51,770 nt of DNA. Source: an uncultured Candidatus Saccharibacteria bacterium. Lineage in GTDB: Bacteria; Patescibacteriota; Minisyncoccia; Minisyncoccales; JANBVM01. The stretch lies in the NCBI GenBank assembly GCA_964450805.1, contig CAYVDD010000001.1, positions 200,595-252,364 of the forward strand, in the 5' to 3' direction. This document shows, one piece after another, positions 8,456 to 18,507 of the stretch. Numbering within the stretch: the stretch's first letter is position 1; the number at the start of each line of letters is the position of its first letter. The notes beneath the pieces are model-generated. The model was not told where the DNA came from and did no database searches. It was given only the letters and a program-made list of their open reading frames with translations. The position numbers and the translations under genes were made by a program.

Positions 8456-9508
8456 TTAGAGATTCACCCAATGAATCATTAATAAATTAAAATCGAAAAT
8501 GTCAACCTTATTATTATTATCAAAATCAGCTAAATTATCAACTGCTGTACTACCCCAGTTAATCATTAATATGTTGAAGTCAAAAACATCAATCTTATCG
8601 TCATTATTAGCATCAACTGCCCGAGCAGCCTCGCTAAGCCCACTGGTAGATACAGGAGGAATATAGCCACCTCCACCTCCACCACCTCCTCCTTCATCAT
8701 CTCCACCTCCTTCTGAAGCAAGGGGTACGCCAAAAATAACATAAGGAGTCTGAGCTGAAGATACAGCAAAAGTTATTGTATTTGTTGTTTTATTAATATT
8801 GAATTCAGTAATTTCTACCCAAGATGTGCCATTAAAACGATAAGGTTTAACTGTGTCTTCGTCAATATTACTATCATCGTATGTAATAGAAACAGAAATA
8901 GTTAAATCATCACCAGTAATATCTATTTCAAAAGCATTTAAAAGATTATTTCCAGCAATAATAGCTGTTGCTCCTGTGAAAAAATTACTTTCCAATTTTT
9001 CTATTTTTGCTATCTCGGCGTTAGTACTTTCTTCGGAAGATATATTAATATTTAAGCTATCTCCTAATTTTACATTCATTGGAGATTCAGGTCCAACTAC
9101 CACTACCTCATCTTCAATTGTTTTACTTTCATCTGTTTCCTCAATAGTTCCTATGACTCCCTCAACACTTAAATTAAGATTATTAGAAGCTCCGTTGTTA
9201 AAAATATATGTCTCTCCACTATTAATCCCGCTAACGTAGAATTCAATAATTTTCCCAGCATTTGTATTTTGAAGATCACTTGCAAAGAACAAATTCGGGC
9301 TATAACCATATTTTCCATCTTCTGTCACTGAACTCCCAATTGTAATATTATCAACTTTTGCTTCAATTAATAATCCATCTACTGCAGGGCCATTCTTAAA
9401 ATCAACTGTACCGTAAAACTGATGAGGTATTGCTGGTATCGCAAAGACAAAAACTGGCAATAACAGCGCTGCAACCGTAATAATTGAGTTTTTAACTGAT
9501 AGTTTCAT
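8456..9508 (-). CDS. Secreted protein with C-terminal dockerin-like duplicated Ca-binding repeat
   Basis: Signal peptide; PHQFYGTV N-domain; poly-Gly linker; DANNDDKIDVFDFNILMINWG...ADFDNNNKVDIFDFNLLMIHW. Confidence 0.8.
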   Translation of the reverse strand: MKLSVKNSIITVAALLLPVFVFAIPAIPHQFYGTVDFKNGPAVDGLLIEAKVDNITIGSSVTEDGKYGYSPNLFFASDLQNTNAGKIIEFYVSGINSGETYIFNNGASNNLNLSVEGVIGTIEETDESKTIEDEVVVVGPESPMNVKLGDSLNINISSEESTNAEIAKIEKLESNFFTGATAIIAGNNLLNAFEIDITGDDLTISVSITYDDSNIDEDTVKPYRFNGTSWVEITEFNINKTTNTITFAVSSAQTPYVIFGVPLASEGGGDDEGGGGGGGGGYIPPVSTSGLSEAARAVDANNDDKIDVFDFNILMINWGSTAVDNLADFDNNNKVDIFDFNLLMIHWVNL

Positions 9509-9520
9509 AAGTTATCTTAA

Positions 9521-9567
9521 ACAATAACACAGATTGGAAGTTTGTCAATCCAGATCTGTGTTATTGT
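9521..9567. promoter_or_regulatory. Intergenic stem-loop with perfect 14-bp arms and no U-tract
   Basis: ACAATAACACAGAT (9521-9534) / ATCTGTGTTATTGT (9554-9567). Confidence 0.75.
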
Positions 9568-9577
9568 AGTCTCAACA

Positions 9578-12500
9578 CTAGTCTGTTGCGCTCCCAAAAC
9601 TATATTTTCTTGAATCGGTCATGAATATCCAATAACCTTCACCTGGACTCATTACTGTAATCGGTGTTTTTATCTCCAGAGTTCCATTATTAAAGGCAAT
9701 CAAGTTGCTTCCAATACCACTCCATGCTCCATCAAGCTTTGATAACGCATTTGCTATAAATGAAGTTGTCTCGCCAGGTAATTGATAATAACCTATCAAA
9801 TTCCAGCCTTGAGCTAAAGGAATTTCTGGCAATTGAGAAGGAGGAGTATCCCCGCTTGGAATCAATTGCTCGTATAAGGTCCCTACTCCTTCCAAAGTAT
9901 CATCTCCTGTCATTTTTACCCAATAACCATGACCTGCAGTCATTATGTCAAGATTGCTTGGAGATCCATCAGCGTTATAAATATACCATTCTCCGCCTAC
10001 AGCATCATAACTCCATACTCTTTCTATATTACCATTTATGCTTTCTAAAACTTCTTCTGTATTAGCCCAAGTAGTTGGAGTTACGGGCAGAGAAATAAGA
10101 TTCCAACCTGTTTTTAGTTCAATAGAATAGCTTGCAGCAGTAGTAAATGACCAACCATAATCACCCATCATATTATTTGCCAAATCTGTTACACCACTTA
10201 AAGTAATGTCATAACGTGAGTTATCACTAAGGTCAGAATCAGGATTAATGGTGGCTATTTTACTACTGTCGTCAAAAGTTACTGTAACGCTGAGTGGATC
10301 CTTGCCTTCTATCTGTAGAATAATGTTTCCAGAAGAAATATTCACTATCTCACCGAAGGTTACAGTAATATTTAAAGCTGGATCAATACCTACAGCAAGA
10401 TTTGAAGGAATATGAGATTCAACGGTTGGAGCTTCAGTGTCTTTAATCAAGCTTTGACTATCAGTACCAGTGTTTCCAGCAGCATCTATGTCTCTTAAAT
10501 ATAAAGTGAAACTGCCTTCTCCTAGTTCAGTAAATCCACTCATATCAGTAAGAATAGTTGTTCCGCTTACGCATTCATCCCAAGTATCCTCATCGAAAGA
10601 ACATTGTGGATTTGTTTCTTCTGTATTAGTAAATTCAACCACTGCATCTCCATTAACGTTTGAATCGCTAATAGGATCAGTAATTTCAACTACTGGAGCT
10701 GTTTTATCAAAAGTAACACTAGAAGCATCAGTAGTTGCAATTACCTGCTCGCCATCATTTCCAGCTAGATCAGAGAAGTCAATCGTAAAAGCAATTAGAC
10801 CTTCAGCATCTTCAGAAATCATAGTATAAGTAGCAGTCCAAGAACTATCTTCACCACTTATTATAGCTGCTTTTCCAGCAATAGTTACTATTGGAATTTG
10901 AATGCTCTCACTAGAAGTAAAGGTTAGACTTATTGTGTCTCCTACTTTAGCCCAAACTAGATTTGCATTATCTGAAACAACAGAAACTGGATTTAAAGTT
11001 GGATCAGTGGCATCTACTTCCCACGTATAAGAAGTGGCAACGCTTTGCCAGTTACCTGCCTGGTCTCTACCAATTACTGAAATGGTATGAGAACCTTCTT
11101 CTAAATCAAGAATGATTATTGATGTGCCAATAGAGGTTTCAGCGTTGTAATCACCACTATCCAACTCATATTTGTAGTAAATAACTCCATCGCCATTAAC
11201 AGTAATATCTGCTGTTGTCTCGCTTGTAGGATTATTTGGTGTACCAGAAAGCGTTGCTATTGGAGCATCCCCATCTATTTCGCTACAATTAGCATCTGTA
11301 CACCATGGCCTATAATCTGTATTGTCGTTAGCAACAATATTTCCTGTTCCAAATGGGTTGTCTATATGAGTAGGACCTTCAATACTTCCCCACCAGTTTC
11401 CTTGAGCATTAACTATTGGTCCAACAATAGGATCAAATCCTTGCGAATTAACTGCTATTTCGTTATTTGTGAAAGAATTCCCTATAATGGTGGCTGATAC
11501 AGTGTTTACTTCAAAGTTTATCGCCCATCCTAAATCGTGAAGATTGTTATTGGTTATATCAACAATTGACATATCGATAGTTGCGTATGCCGAACCAACA
11601 ATAATACCCGAATCACAATTATATATTTCGTTGTCGTGGATATCAGCATAAGAATCACTTTCTGTACCGTCCCATGCATAGGAACTTACGAAAATACCTG
11701 GTGAATCCCATGTTGGAGAATCTTCTGTGCTCAAACCATCATGTAATTCATTCTCATAAATCTCAATACTTGAGCCGTCAAAGACATTAACCAAATTTTG
11801 AACTCTAGTTGTCCCATCAATATGGTCACCGATAACTTCATTTCCGTGGAAAATTCCCTCAGAATTAAGGTATCTGATTCCTCTTTTTTGGAATGAAGAA
11901 ATAGTGTTTTCGTAGATGTCAATGCCGACAGAGTTTTGAATATTAATGCCATCTGCCTGATTCTTCCAAACATTCTTAATAACAGAATTTGTTATAGTTA
12001 CCTCATCGGAATCATTCACTAAAATTCCGTAGGTAAAATTATTCTCATCAGTTCCAGTACCTCCTCCATTGACTTCTAAGTTAGAGAGTACAACATTGGA
12101 ACTTCCGTTAACCTTCAGTATAAAATTATTCATCGAATCATCACCAGTTATAATTGGCTTTTCTCCTACACCATTAAGTGTTAATGATTTTTCAATCAAT
12201 AAACTTTCATTGTAAGTTCCAGCAGCGACATTAATAATTCCGCCAAAAGTTGCAGCATTAATAGCTGTCTGGATACTCATTTCATCCCCAACAATAAAGT
12301 TGTTTTCAAGTGTACCTCCTATACCAAGAGTTTGAATATATGAATCTGTATTAACTGGATATGGATCTGATTGTAAAGCTAATGCGAAATTGACTGCATT
12401 CTCTTGGGAGTTTTGAAAGAAAGTAAATGCTTCGCTTCTATTTTCACTTTCCGCGTCACGGAAAAATGTATTTCGCACCGCGTAATCAAAACCTTCCGGT

Positions 12501-15500
12501 AAAGTAATATTAGAAACACCAAAGTCATATTCAGCATCAATATAAACTGGATTATCTTCTTCAAGGTTATTAGTTCCCTCAAACACTACATTAGTAGTCT
12601 GACCTTCTGGTGTATCATAGAGACCAACTCCACCCCAAGTGTTATCTTGGGTAGTAATATCTCTCAGCGTTATATTATTGGAGTAGCTAAGCGCAACACC
12701 TACGCCTTTAGTGTTTTCTCCATCAGCTGTAATGTTTTCTAACAATCCTCCATCTACAGTATTCAAATCGAATTCTGATCGCCCAGAACCCTGAACTGTC
12801 ACATTGCTCATAGTAAAGTTGCTTATATGCGAAGCTTTAATACCATAACTGGTGCCTGCATCCACTGTTGGGCCCATTAAAGTAAATCCTTCGAGTGTCA
12901 TATTATCAGCGCTTGGCGCGATTCCATAACCGCTTACATCGCTCGCATCAATAACAACATCGCTTTCACTATCACCAAAAATTGTCAAATCGGACAAAGC
13001 AAGATTAAGCGTAGAACTAAGAATATAATTGCCATCAGCAATACTAATCGTATAATTATCCAGCGCATTGGCTATCGCTTCTTGAATAGTAGTAAAGTCA
13101 GGATTATTCTCTACACTATCATCAACCCTAAATGTGTTATCAATATCTATTAAAAGGTTAACAGTGTTTGATTCTGCTTCATTGGCCGCTGCATCCTCAG
13201 CAATAACTTTTATATTATGTCGTCCGTCTGGAAAATCTGCAATTATATACGGGGAAACACAATCAGGAATTTCTTGTCTTTCTTGCTCGTCTATTTGATA
13301 GAAACATTGAGAAATCGGACTAACAGTTCCATTAACTTCAAATACTATTTCTACTTCTGAATCCCTAATAATATCTTCACTTATTGGTGAAGAGATATTA
13401 GCTGTTGGAACTGTCCAGTCAACATTAAAAGCTCTTGTATTTATTTCGCTTAGATTTGTTGCAATATCAGTTGATTTTACTGAAACTGAACAAACACCTT
13501 CTCCTTCAATATCACAATCCTCTTCAACACCAACAGTAACTGTAATCTCTTCATTACAGTCTCTTTCCATCCATCCATTATCATTAATATTATATTCACA
13601 AGTGTTTAGTCCAGAACCACCAGTATCTTCATCAGATATATTTACGCTAAAATCATCCTTAAACCAACTTCCGACTTCAGGAGAAGTTACCTCGCTTACT
13701 GAAGCTAATTTATCAACCATAATATCTTCACTTCCCTCATTAACATTCCCAGCGACATCTACAACTTTCCAACAAACCGTAGAATATTCTGAAATAACAA
13801 TAGAGCCCACATAAGGCATAGTAGCTTCACAAGTATCACCGTAAGGCACATCACTTAAATAAGAATTAGCAACACTGCTTCCCCCTTCATCGTCAGAAGT
13901 TAAATCAATATCAGCATTTATATTTTGCCAAACTGGAGGCACACCAATCAGTTCTCCAGAAGGAAGAGTTCTATCAACCTTAAATTCTACTGGAGAATCG
14001 CTAAAGTCAGAATTACCAGCATTATCTTCTACATAAGAACAAACCCAAGAATGTTGAGTAATTTCTGCTGATGTCCCAAAGGTATAATCTTCAACATTAG
14101 AAGAGCAAGTTCCAACAGGATCACTAGTATAAATTTTATATTTAAAACTTTCTTCATTACAACTGCTATTAACTATACCAGCCTCGTCTGAACAGGTTAT
14201 ACTCGCGGTTTGAGTTATATTAGTCCAATCTTCAGGATTGCCGGAAATACCAGCGTCAGGATCCGTTAAATCTATTTGAACAGTATAAGAACCAACTTCA
14301 GACGCATTTCCAGCATTATCCCATACTTGATAGTTTTCTATAAAAATTCCCTCGGAACTATAATTTATTTGATAGGGACTAGTTAAAATATCTCCATTCA
14401 ATCTAACTTCATTTATTCCGCTGCCTCCAGTATCGTTAGGCGTTAAGGTTACTGTCTGTTCAGAATTCTCCCAGCCATTGATATAGTCATCACTAATAGT
14501 AGGAATTTCCTCATCAACTTTAATTTCTGCTGGCTCGCTAACAGAACTATTACCAACATTATCTTCACCATAGGCGCAAATCCATTGATGACTGGAAACT
14601 GTTACAGGGTTGTTAATAATATAATCTTCTATATCTGTAGAACAATTTCCTGGCTGATTAATATGAAGTTCATAACCAACTGTAGCACTGCAACCACTAT
14701 CATCATCAATACAATTAATAGTTAAAGTTGCATCTATATTTTGCCAATCAGCGGGTGGAGTATCAATAGTAATAGTTGGATTTATAGTATCAGAAGAAAC
14801 ATTAACTGCTGTTCCTTCGCCAGTATTACCAACATTATCAACAGCTCTCATATTTATTGAATTAGCTGCAGAACTATCCACGTCTTCTACCGAACAAATT
14901 CCTTCTGAATAATTGGCTGCTGTCCAGTCTGCTCCTCCATTTAAAGTGTATTCACAGCTTTCTATACCAGAACCGTCTCCATCGTTTACAAGTGCAGAAA
15001 TATTAGAAACTCCGGAAATATAGTTTGTTTCTCCATCGTTATGAATTGGACTTATAGTAAGATCGCTTATAATTGGGGCGCTATCATCAATAAAAATTGA
15101 TAAAGAATTATTCTCTTCTATATTACCTACGTTATCTGTGCTCCAATAAGAAATCGTATGAGGACCTTCGCTTATCTCAGAAAGATTAAATGGTATAGAA
15201 TAAACTGTTGCCTGACCTTCGTCTATTTTATATTCTGTTGAAGCAACTCCAGAACCTGTTCCGTCATCATCACTTAAAGTAAATTCTGTATCAAAAGTTA
15301 CATAAGTAAATTCTCCTTCGTATTTAGGAATCCCTACTGTAATTAAGGTAATAGGTTTTTCTTTATCAATATAAATAATACTAGAATCTTTTGGTGTTTC
15401 AGAATTTCCCAAGCTATCAACCGAATAATATCTGACAATTTGCTGACAAACAGCCTCCTCGGTACAAATTACATCTAGAGAAGTTCCTACTGTGATTGGA

Positions 15501-16165
15501 TCACAGGCTGCCTCTCCTTCATTATAAACGCAAGAATAAGTAGTAGAATCATCAATACCAATTCCATCATTTGGAGTTAAAATTACAGAAACATCGGAAC
15601 CAACCCAGTCTACAGGTATGCCTTCAATACTTGTTTCTGGGGCCTCGACATCAACAATAGTTTGAGCATCAATATTATTTGTATTCACTCCCCAATCATT
15701 ATCTTCTGTATAAATAATCCAGCTATAATTAGTGTCATTTATAGGACTTGGTGCAGTAGCAGTAAAAATGATTGTTCCGGAATTTGCTTGTGTTATCAAA
15801 TTACTATTTGCTGGGTTGCCAGATGTCTGACAAGACGCATAAGTACTCGTATAAGAAGATGACCAATCATATGTTTCAGAACTATCTATAGGACATATCA
15901 CATCGTCTGTTATCGTAAATCCTTCCGGAGCCATTATTCTTATGAGATATATCGGATCCGTACCCTCATTAGTTACTTCGAATGTATATGTATTACTCGA
16001 ACTACCAGCTACATATAATGGATCAACAGTTACCGTCGTGGTATGAGCAGCCAAAGCAAAATTGGCAACAAAAAAACCGCTAACGATTAATATTGCGGCT
16101 AAAATAATAAAAGACTTCCCTTTAAGAATCTTTGATTTGTTATTAATAAATATATTATTGTTCAT
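9578..16165 (-). CDS. Giant acidic cell-surface protein (Ig-like repeats, two pectin-lyase-like beta-helix regions, SbsA-type Ig domain, GWNL C-terminal domain)
   Basis: Signal peptide; repeated D.AGN/DNVGN Ig motifs; FTTIQEAI and MSIQTAINAA beta-helix caps; NWWG motif; GWNLISLP...GYWV / GWNLIG...GYWI duplication. Confidence 0.85.
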   Translation of the reverse strand: MNNNIFINNKSKILKGKSFIILAAILIVSGFFVANFALAAHTTTVTVDPLYVAGSSSNTYTFEVTNEGTDPIYLIRIMAPEGFTITDDVICPIDSSETYDWSSSYTSTYASCQTSGNPANSNLITQANSGTIIFTATAPSPINDTNYSWIIYTEDNDWGVNTNNIDAQTIVDVEAPETSIEGIPVDWVGSDVSVILTPNDGIGIDDSTTYSCVYNEGEAACDPITVGTSLDVICTEEAVCQQIVRYYSVDSLGNSETPKDSSIIYIDKEKPITLITVGIPKYEGEFTYVTFDTEFTLSDDDGTGSGVASTEYKIDEGQATVYSIPFNLSEISEGPHTISYWSTDNVGNIEENNSLSIFIDDSAPIISDLTISPIHNDGETNYISGVSNISALVNDGDGSGIESCEYTLNGGADWTAANYSEGICSVEDVDSSAANSINMRAVDNVGNTGEGTAVNVSSDTINPTITIDTPPADWQNIDATLTINCIDDDSGCSATVGYELHINQPGNCSTDIEDYIINNPVTVSSHQWICAYGEDNVGNSSVSEPAEIKVDEEIPTISDDYINGWENSEQTVTLTPNDTGGSGINEVRLNGDILTSPYQINYSSEGIFIENYQVWDNAGNASEVGSYTVQIDLTDPDAGISGNPEDWTNITQTASITCSDEAGIVNSSCNEESFKYKIYTSDPVGTCSSNVEDYTFGTSAEITQHSWVCSYVEDNAGNSDFSDSPVEFKVDRTLPSGELIGVPPVWQNINADIDLTSDDEGGSSVANSYLSDVPYGDTCEATMPYVGSIVISEYSTVCWKVVDVAGNVNEGSEDIMVDKLASVSEVTSPEVGSWFKDDFSVNISDEDTGGSGLNTCEYNINDNGWMERDCNEEITVTVGVEEDCDIEGEGVCSVSVKSTDIATNLSEINTRAFNVDWTVPTANISSPISEDIIRDSEVEIVFEVNGTVSPISQCFYQIDEQERQEIPDCVSPYIIADFPDGRHNIKVIAEDAAANEAESNTVNLLIDIDNTFRVDDSVENNPDFTTIQEAIANALDNYTISIADGNYILSSTLNLALSDLTIFGDSESDVVIDASDVSGYGIAPSADNMTLEGFTLMGPTVDAGTSYGIKASHISNFTMSNVTVQGSGRSEFDLNTVDGGLLENITADGENTKGVGVALSYSNNITLRDITTQDNTWGGVGLYDTPEGQTTNVVFEGTNNLEEDNPVYIDAEYDFGVSNITLPEGFDYAVRNTFFRDAESENRSEAFTFFQNSQENAVNFALALQSDPYPVNTDSYIQTLGIGGTLENNFIVGDEMSIQTAINAATFGGIINVAAGTYNESLLIEKSLTLNGVGEKPIITGDDSMNNFILKVNGSSNVVLSNLEVNGGGTGTDENNFTYGILVNDSDEVTITNSVIKNVWKNQADGINIQNSVGIDIYENTISSFQKRGIRYLNSEGIFHGNEVIGDHIDGTTRVQNLVNVFDGSSIEIYENELHDGLSTEDSPTWDSPGIFVSSYAWDGTESDSYADIHDNEIYNCDSGIIVGSAYATIDMSIVDITNNNLHDLGWAINFEVNTVSATIIGNSFTNNEIAVNSQGFDPIVGPIVNAQGNWWGSIEGPTHIDNPFGTGNIVANDNTDYRPWCTDANCSEIDGDAPIATLSGTPNNPTSETTADITVNGDGVIYYKYELDSGDYNAETSIGTSIIILDLEEGSHTISVIGRDQAGNWQSVATSYTWEVDATDPTLNPVSVVSDNANLVWAKVGDTISLTFTSSESIQIPIVTIAGKAAIISGEDSSWTATYTMISEDAEGLIAFTIDFSDLAGNDGEQVIATTDASSVTFDKTAPVVEITDPISDSNVNGDAVVEFTNTEETNPQCSFDEDTWDECVSGTTILTDMSGFTELGEGSFTLYLRDIDAAGNTGTDSQSLIKDTEAPTVESHIPSNLAVGIDPALNITVTFGEIVNISSGNIILQIEGKDPLSVTVTFDDSSKIATINPDSDLSDNSRYDITLSGVTDLANNMMGDYGWSFTTAASYSIELKTGWNLISLPVTPTTWANTEEVLESINGNIERVWSYDAVGGEWYIYNADGSPSNLDIMTAGHGYWVKMTGDDTLEGVGTLYEQLIPSGDTPPSQLPEIPLAQGWNLIGYYQLPGETTSFIANALSKLDGAWSGIGSNLIAFNNGTLEIKTPITVMSPGEGYWIFMTDSRKYSFGSATD

Positions 16166-16446
16166 ATTTATTTATTAATTTGATTATTAAATTTTATAAC
16201 AGCAACTGACTAAGTCGCCATATAACACTTAATAGCTCATTAAGAAATATTGAGCTTTTAGGCTACACTATCATAATGCAAAGAAATCTGTCAAGCACGC
16301 TTTTTGTAGTCTTTATGGGCTCTCGTTTTTCGATTAAATAACATTTATAAAAAAATAAAATTACGATTAAATTAAATTTTAATATTATATTTAGTAAGAA
16401 TTCTTTGTCCTATGTACTGTCCTATCTATTTTAAAAATTCATTATC

Positions 16447-16479
16447 AAAAAACCACTGACTTTTAGCCAGTGGTTTTTT
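16447..16479. terminator. Intrinsic terminator
   Basis: AAAAAACCACTG / CAGTGGTTTTTT right after the stop of 16478-16897. Confidence 0.85.
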
Positions 16480-16897
16480 ACTTCCATAAAACTTTAATTT
16501 TTTGAAAAATATCTCTAATAAACTTCCATATATTATTAAGAAAACCAGGGAGTTCTTCTTTAACTTCTTTCTTTTCTTCGTCAAATTCTTGTTCAACAAT
16601 CTCCTTTCTCGCTTCTATCTCCTCCTCTACTCTAGGTCCTAAAAAGTTTTTAATCTTTAACCAGATATTTGTATAAAACCAATCATAAATCTTCTGCCAG
16701 ATTGGCAAAATATTGTCATACCAAAGCTCTTTTATAGCGCCAGGTAATTCTTTTTTACCAACATCCAATACTCTATCCCCTATTTCCAGAGCTTCTCCAA
16801 AATTCTCTGGCACTTCAAAACCATTGTCTTGAGCAATACAAAAACTGAATAAACTTAAATTAAGGATTATAAATATTGTTAAAAATGCTTTTTTCAT
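16478..16897 (-). CDS. Hypothetical exported helical protein
   Basis: Signal peptide; start overlaps the gltX stop. Confidence 0.75.
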   Translation of the reverse strand: MKKAFLTIFIILNLSLFSFCIAQDNGFEVPENFGEALEIGDRVLDVGKKELPGAIKELWYDNILPIWQKIYDWFYTNIWLKIKNFLGPRVEEEIEARKEIVEQEFDEEKKEVKEELPGFLNNIWKFIRDIFQKIKVLWK

Positions 16898-18483
16898 TTT
16901 AATAATTCTTTAGCTTTTTTTATTCTTTGCAATGTTTTTTCTTTTCCTAAAATCTCAGCAATTTCAAAAGGTCCTGCTGAAGACTTCTTTCCTGTTAAGG
17001 AAACCCTTAAAGGCCAGAGAAGATATCCCCTGTCCTCTGTTCCTTTTATTTTTTTACCAAATCTCTCTGCTTCTTCTAAAATAATTTCTGCCAATTTTGC
17101 CTGTTCAAAATCTTGTTCTTTTAATTTAGATAATATTTCATTGTTTCTATCAAGGGAAGCATTAAGTTCTTTATCACTCATCTCATTCCATTTTAACAAA
17201 TCCTTATTATAGCTTAAGTCTTTAACAAAGAAAAAATCTATAAGTTCAACAATCTCTGAAAGTTTTTTTAATCTTTCCTGATAAATTGAAACCATTTTTT
17301 CAATTACATCAAAAGATATATTTTCTTTTGTCTGGGAAACCTTAAATGTCTGAGTAATTTCCCTGGCTCCATAAGCAGGAGGAAATTGGCTTTCTTTAAA
17401 TTCAGGTTCAATTAAGCCTGATTGAATTAAATAAGGAACACAAAGCTGAGTTAATGCTTTAATAGGTTTATGCCTGATGTAAAAACCATTTAAAAAATCC
17501 AGTCTTTTAACATTAAACACTGCTCCTGATTTTTGAACTTTTTCCAAAGAAAACTCTTTAATTAAAGTGTTTAAAGAAAAGATTTCTTTTTCACTGCCTG
17601 GATTCCATCCTAAAAAAGCCAGGAAATTAATCAAGGTTTCAGGCAGATAACCCTGTTCTCTATATTCTAAAACTGAAACTGCACCGTGTCTTTTTGAAAG
17701 CTTGCTTTTGTCAGAACCTAAAATTAAAGGCAAATGAGCGTATTTAACTTTTGGAATATCTAAAGCTTTTTGAAGTAAAATCTGCTTTGGAGTATTTGAA
17801 ATATGTTCTTCTCCTCTTATGACATGAGTTATTTTCATCTCATAATCATCAACAACACAGGCAAAATTATATAATGGAGTACCATCGCCTTTAGCAATGA
17901 CAATGTCCCCTATTAAAGAAGCATCTATTTCTAATTTTCCTCTTATAATATCTTCAAACTCTATTTTTTTCTCTGGAACTTTAAATCTTACAACATAAGG
18001 TTTTTTTTCTTTTAAATGCTTTTCAATTTCCTGTTCTGTTAAATTAGAACATTTATTTGAATAGCGTGGAGCCTGGCCTATTGACAATTGATATTCTCTT
18101 TGAGCCTCTAATTCTTCCTCAGAACAAAAACAATAATAAGCTTTGTTTTGTTCAAAAAGCTTTTTTATATACTTAGCATAAATTTCTTTTCTCTCTGACT
18201 GGCGATAAGGTCCATGGTTTCCTCCAGCAACAGGCCCTTCATCAGGTTCAATGCCCAGCCACTTCAAGCTTTCAATTATATTGTCCTCATAAACAGGTTT
18301 TGACCTTTCTTTGTCTGTATCTTCAATTCTTAAAATAAAAACACCCTGATTATTTCTGGCAAAAAGATAATTAAAAAGAGTGGTTCTTGCGCTTCCTATA
18401 TGGAAAAATCCAGTAGGAGAAGGCGCCATACGAACCCTTATTGCTCCAGTTCTTTCAAGTTTAAGTTCTTGAGTATTCATCAA
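16894..18483 (-). CDS. gltX: Glutamate--tRNA ligase
   Basis: RMAPSPTG, HIGS, RIEDTD, KLSKR motifs. Confidence 0.97.
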   Translation of the reverse strand: MMNTQELKLERTGAIRVRMAPSPTGFFHIGSARTTLFNYLFARNNQGVFILRIEDTDKERSKPVYEDNIIESLKWLGIEPDEGPVAGGNHGPYRQSERKEIYAKYIKKLFEQNKAYYCFCSEEELEAQREYQLSIGQAPRYSNKCSNLTEQEIEKHLKEKKPYVVRFKVPEKKIEFEDIIRGKLEIDASLIGDIVIAKGDGTPLYNFACVVDDYEMKITHVIRGEEHISNTPKQILLQKALDIPKVKYAHLPLILGSDKSKLSKRHGAVSVLEYREQGYLPETLINFLAFLGWNPGSEKEIFSLNTLIKEFSLEKVQKSGAVFNVKRLDFLNGFYIRHKPIKALTQLCVPYLIQSGLIEPEFKESQFPPAYGAREITQTFKVSQTKENISFDVIEKMVSIYQERLKKLSEIVELIDFFFVKDLSYNKDLLKWNEMSDKELNASLDRNNEILSKLKEQDFEQAKLAEIILEEAERFGKKIKGTEDRGYLLWPLRVSLTGKKSSAGPFEIAEILGKEKTLQRIKKAKELLK

Positions 18484-18507
18484 TTTAATCTTGAGATAAG
18501 CTATTTA

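Noticed and set aside
8660..8711. CCA/CCT triplet repeat
   Set aside because: Encodes the poly-Gly linker before the dockerin
16166..16300. Possible riboswitch in the leader of the giant surface gene
   Set aside because: Only a short AGCTCA/TGAGCT hairpin; no recognisable aptamer
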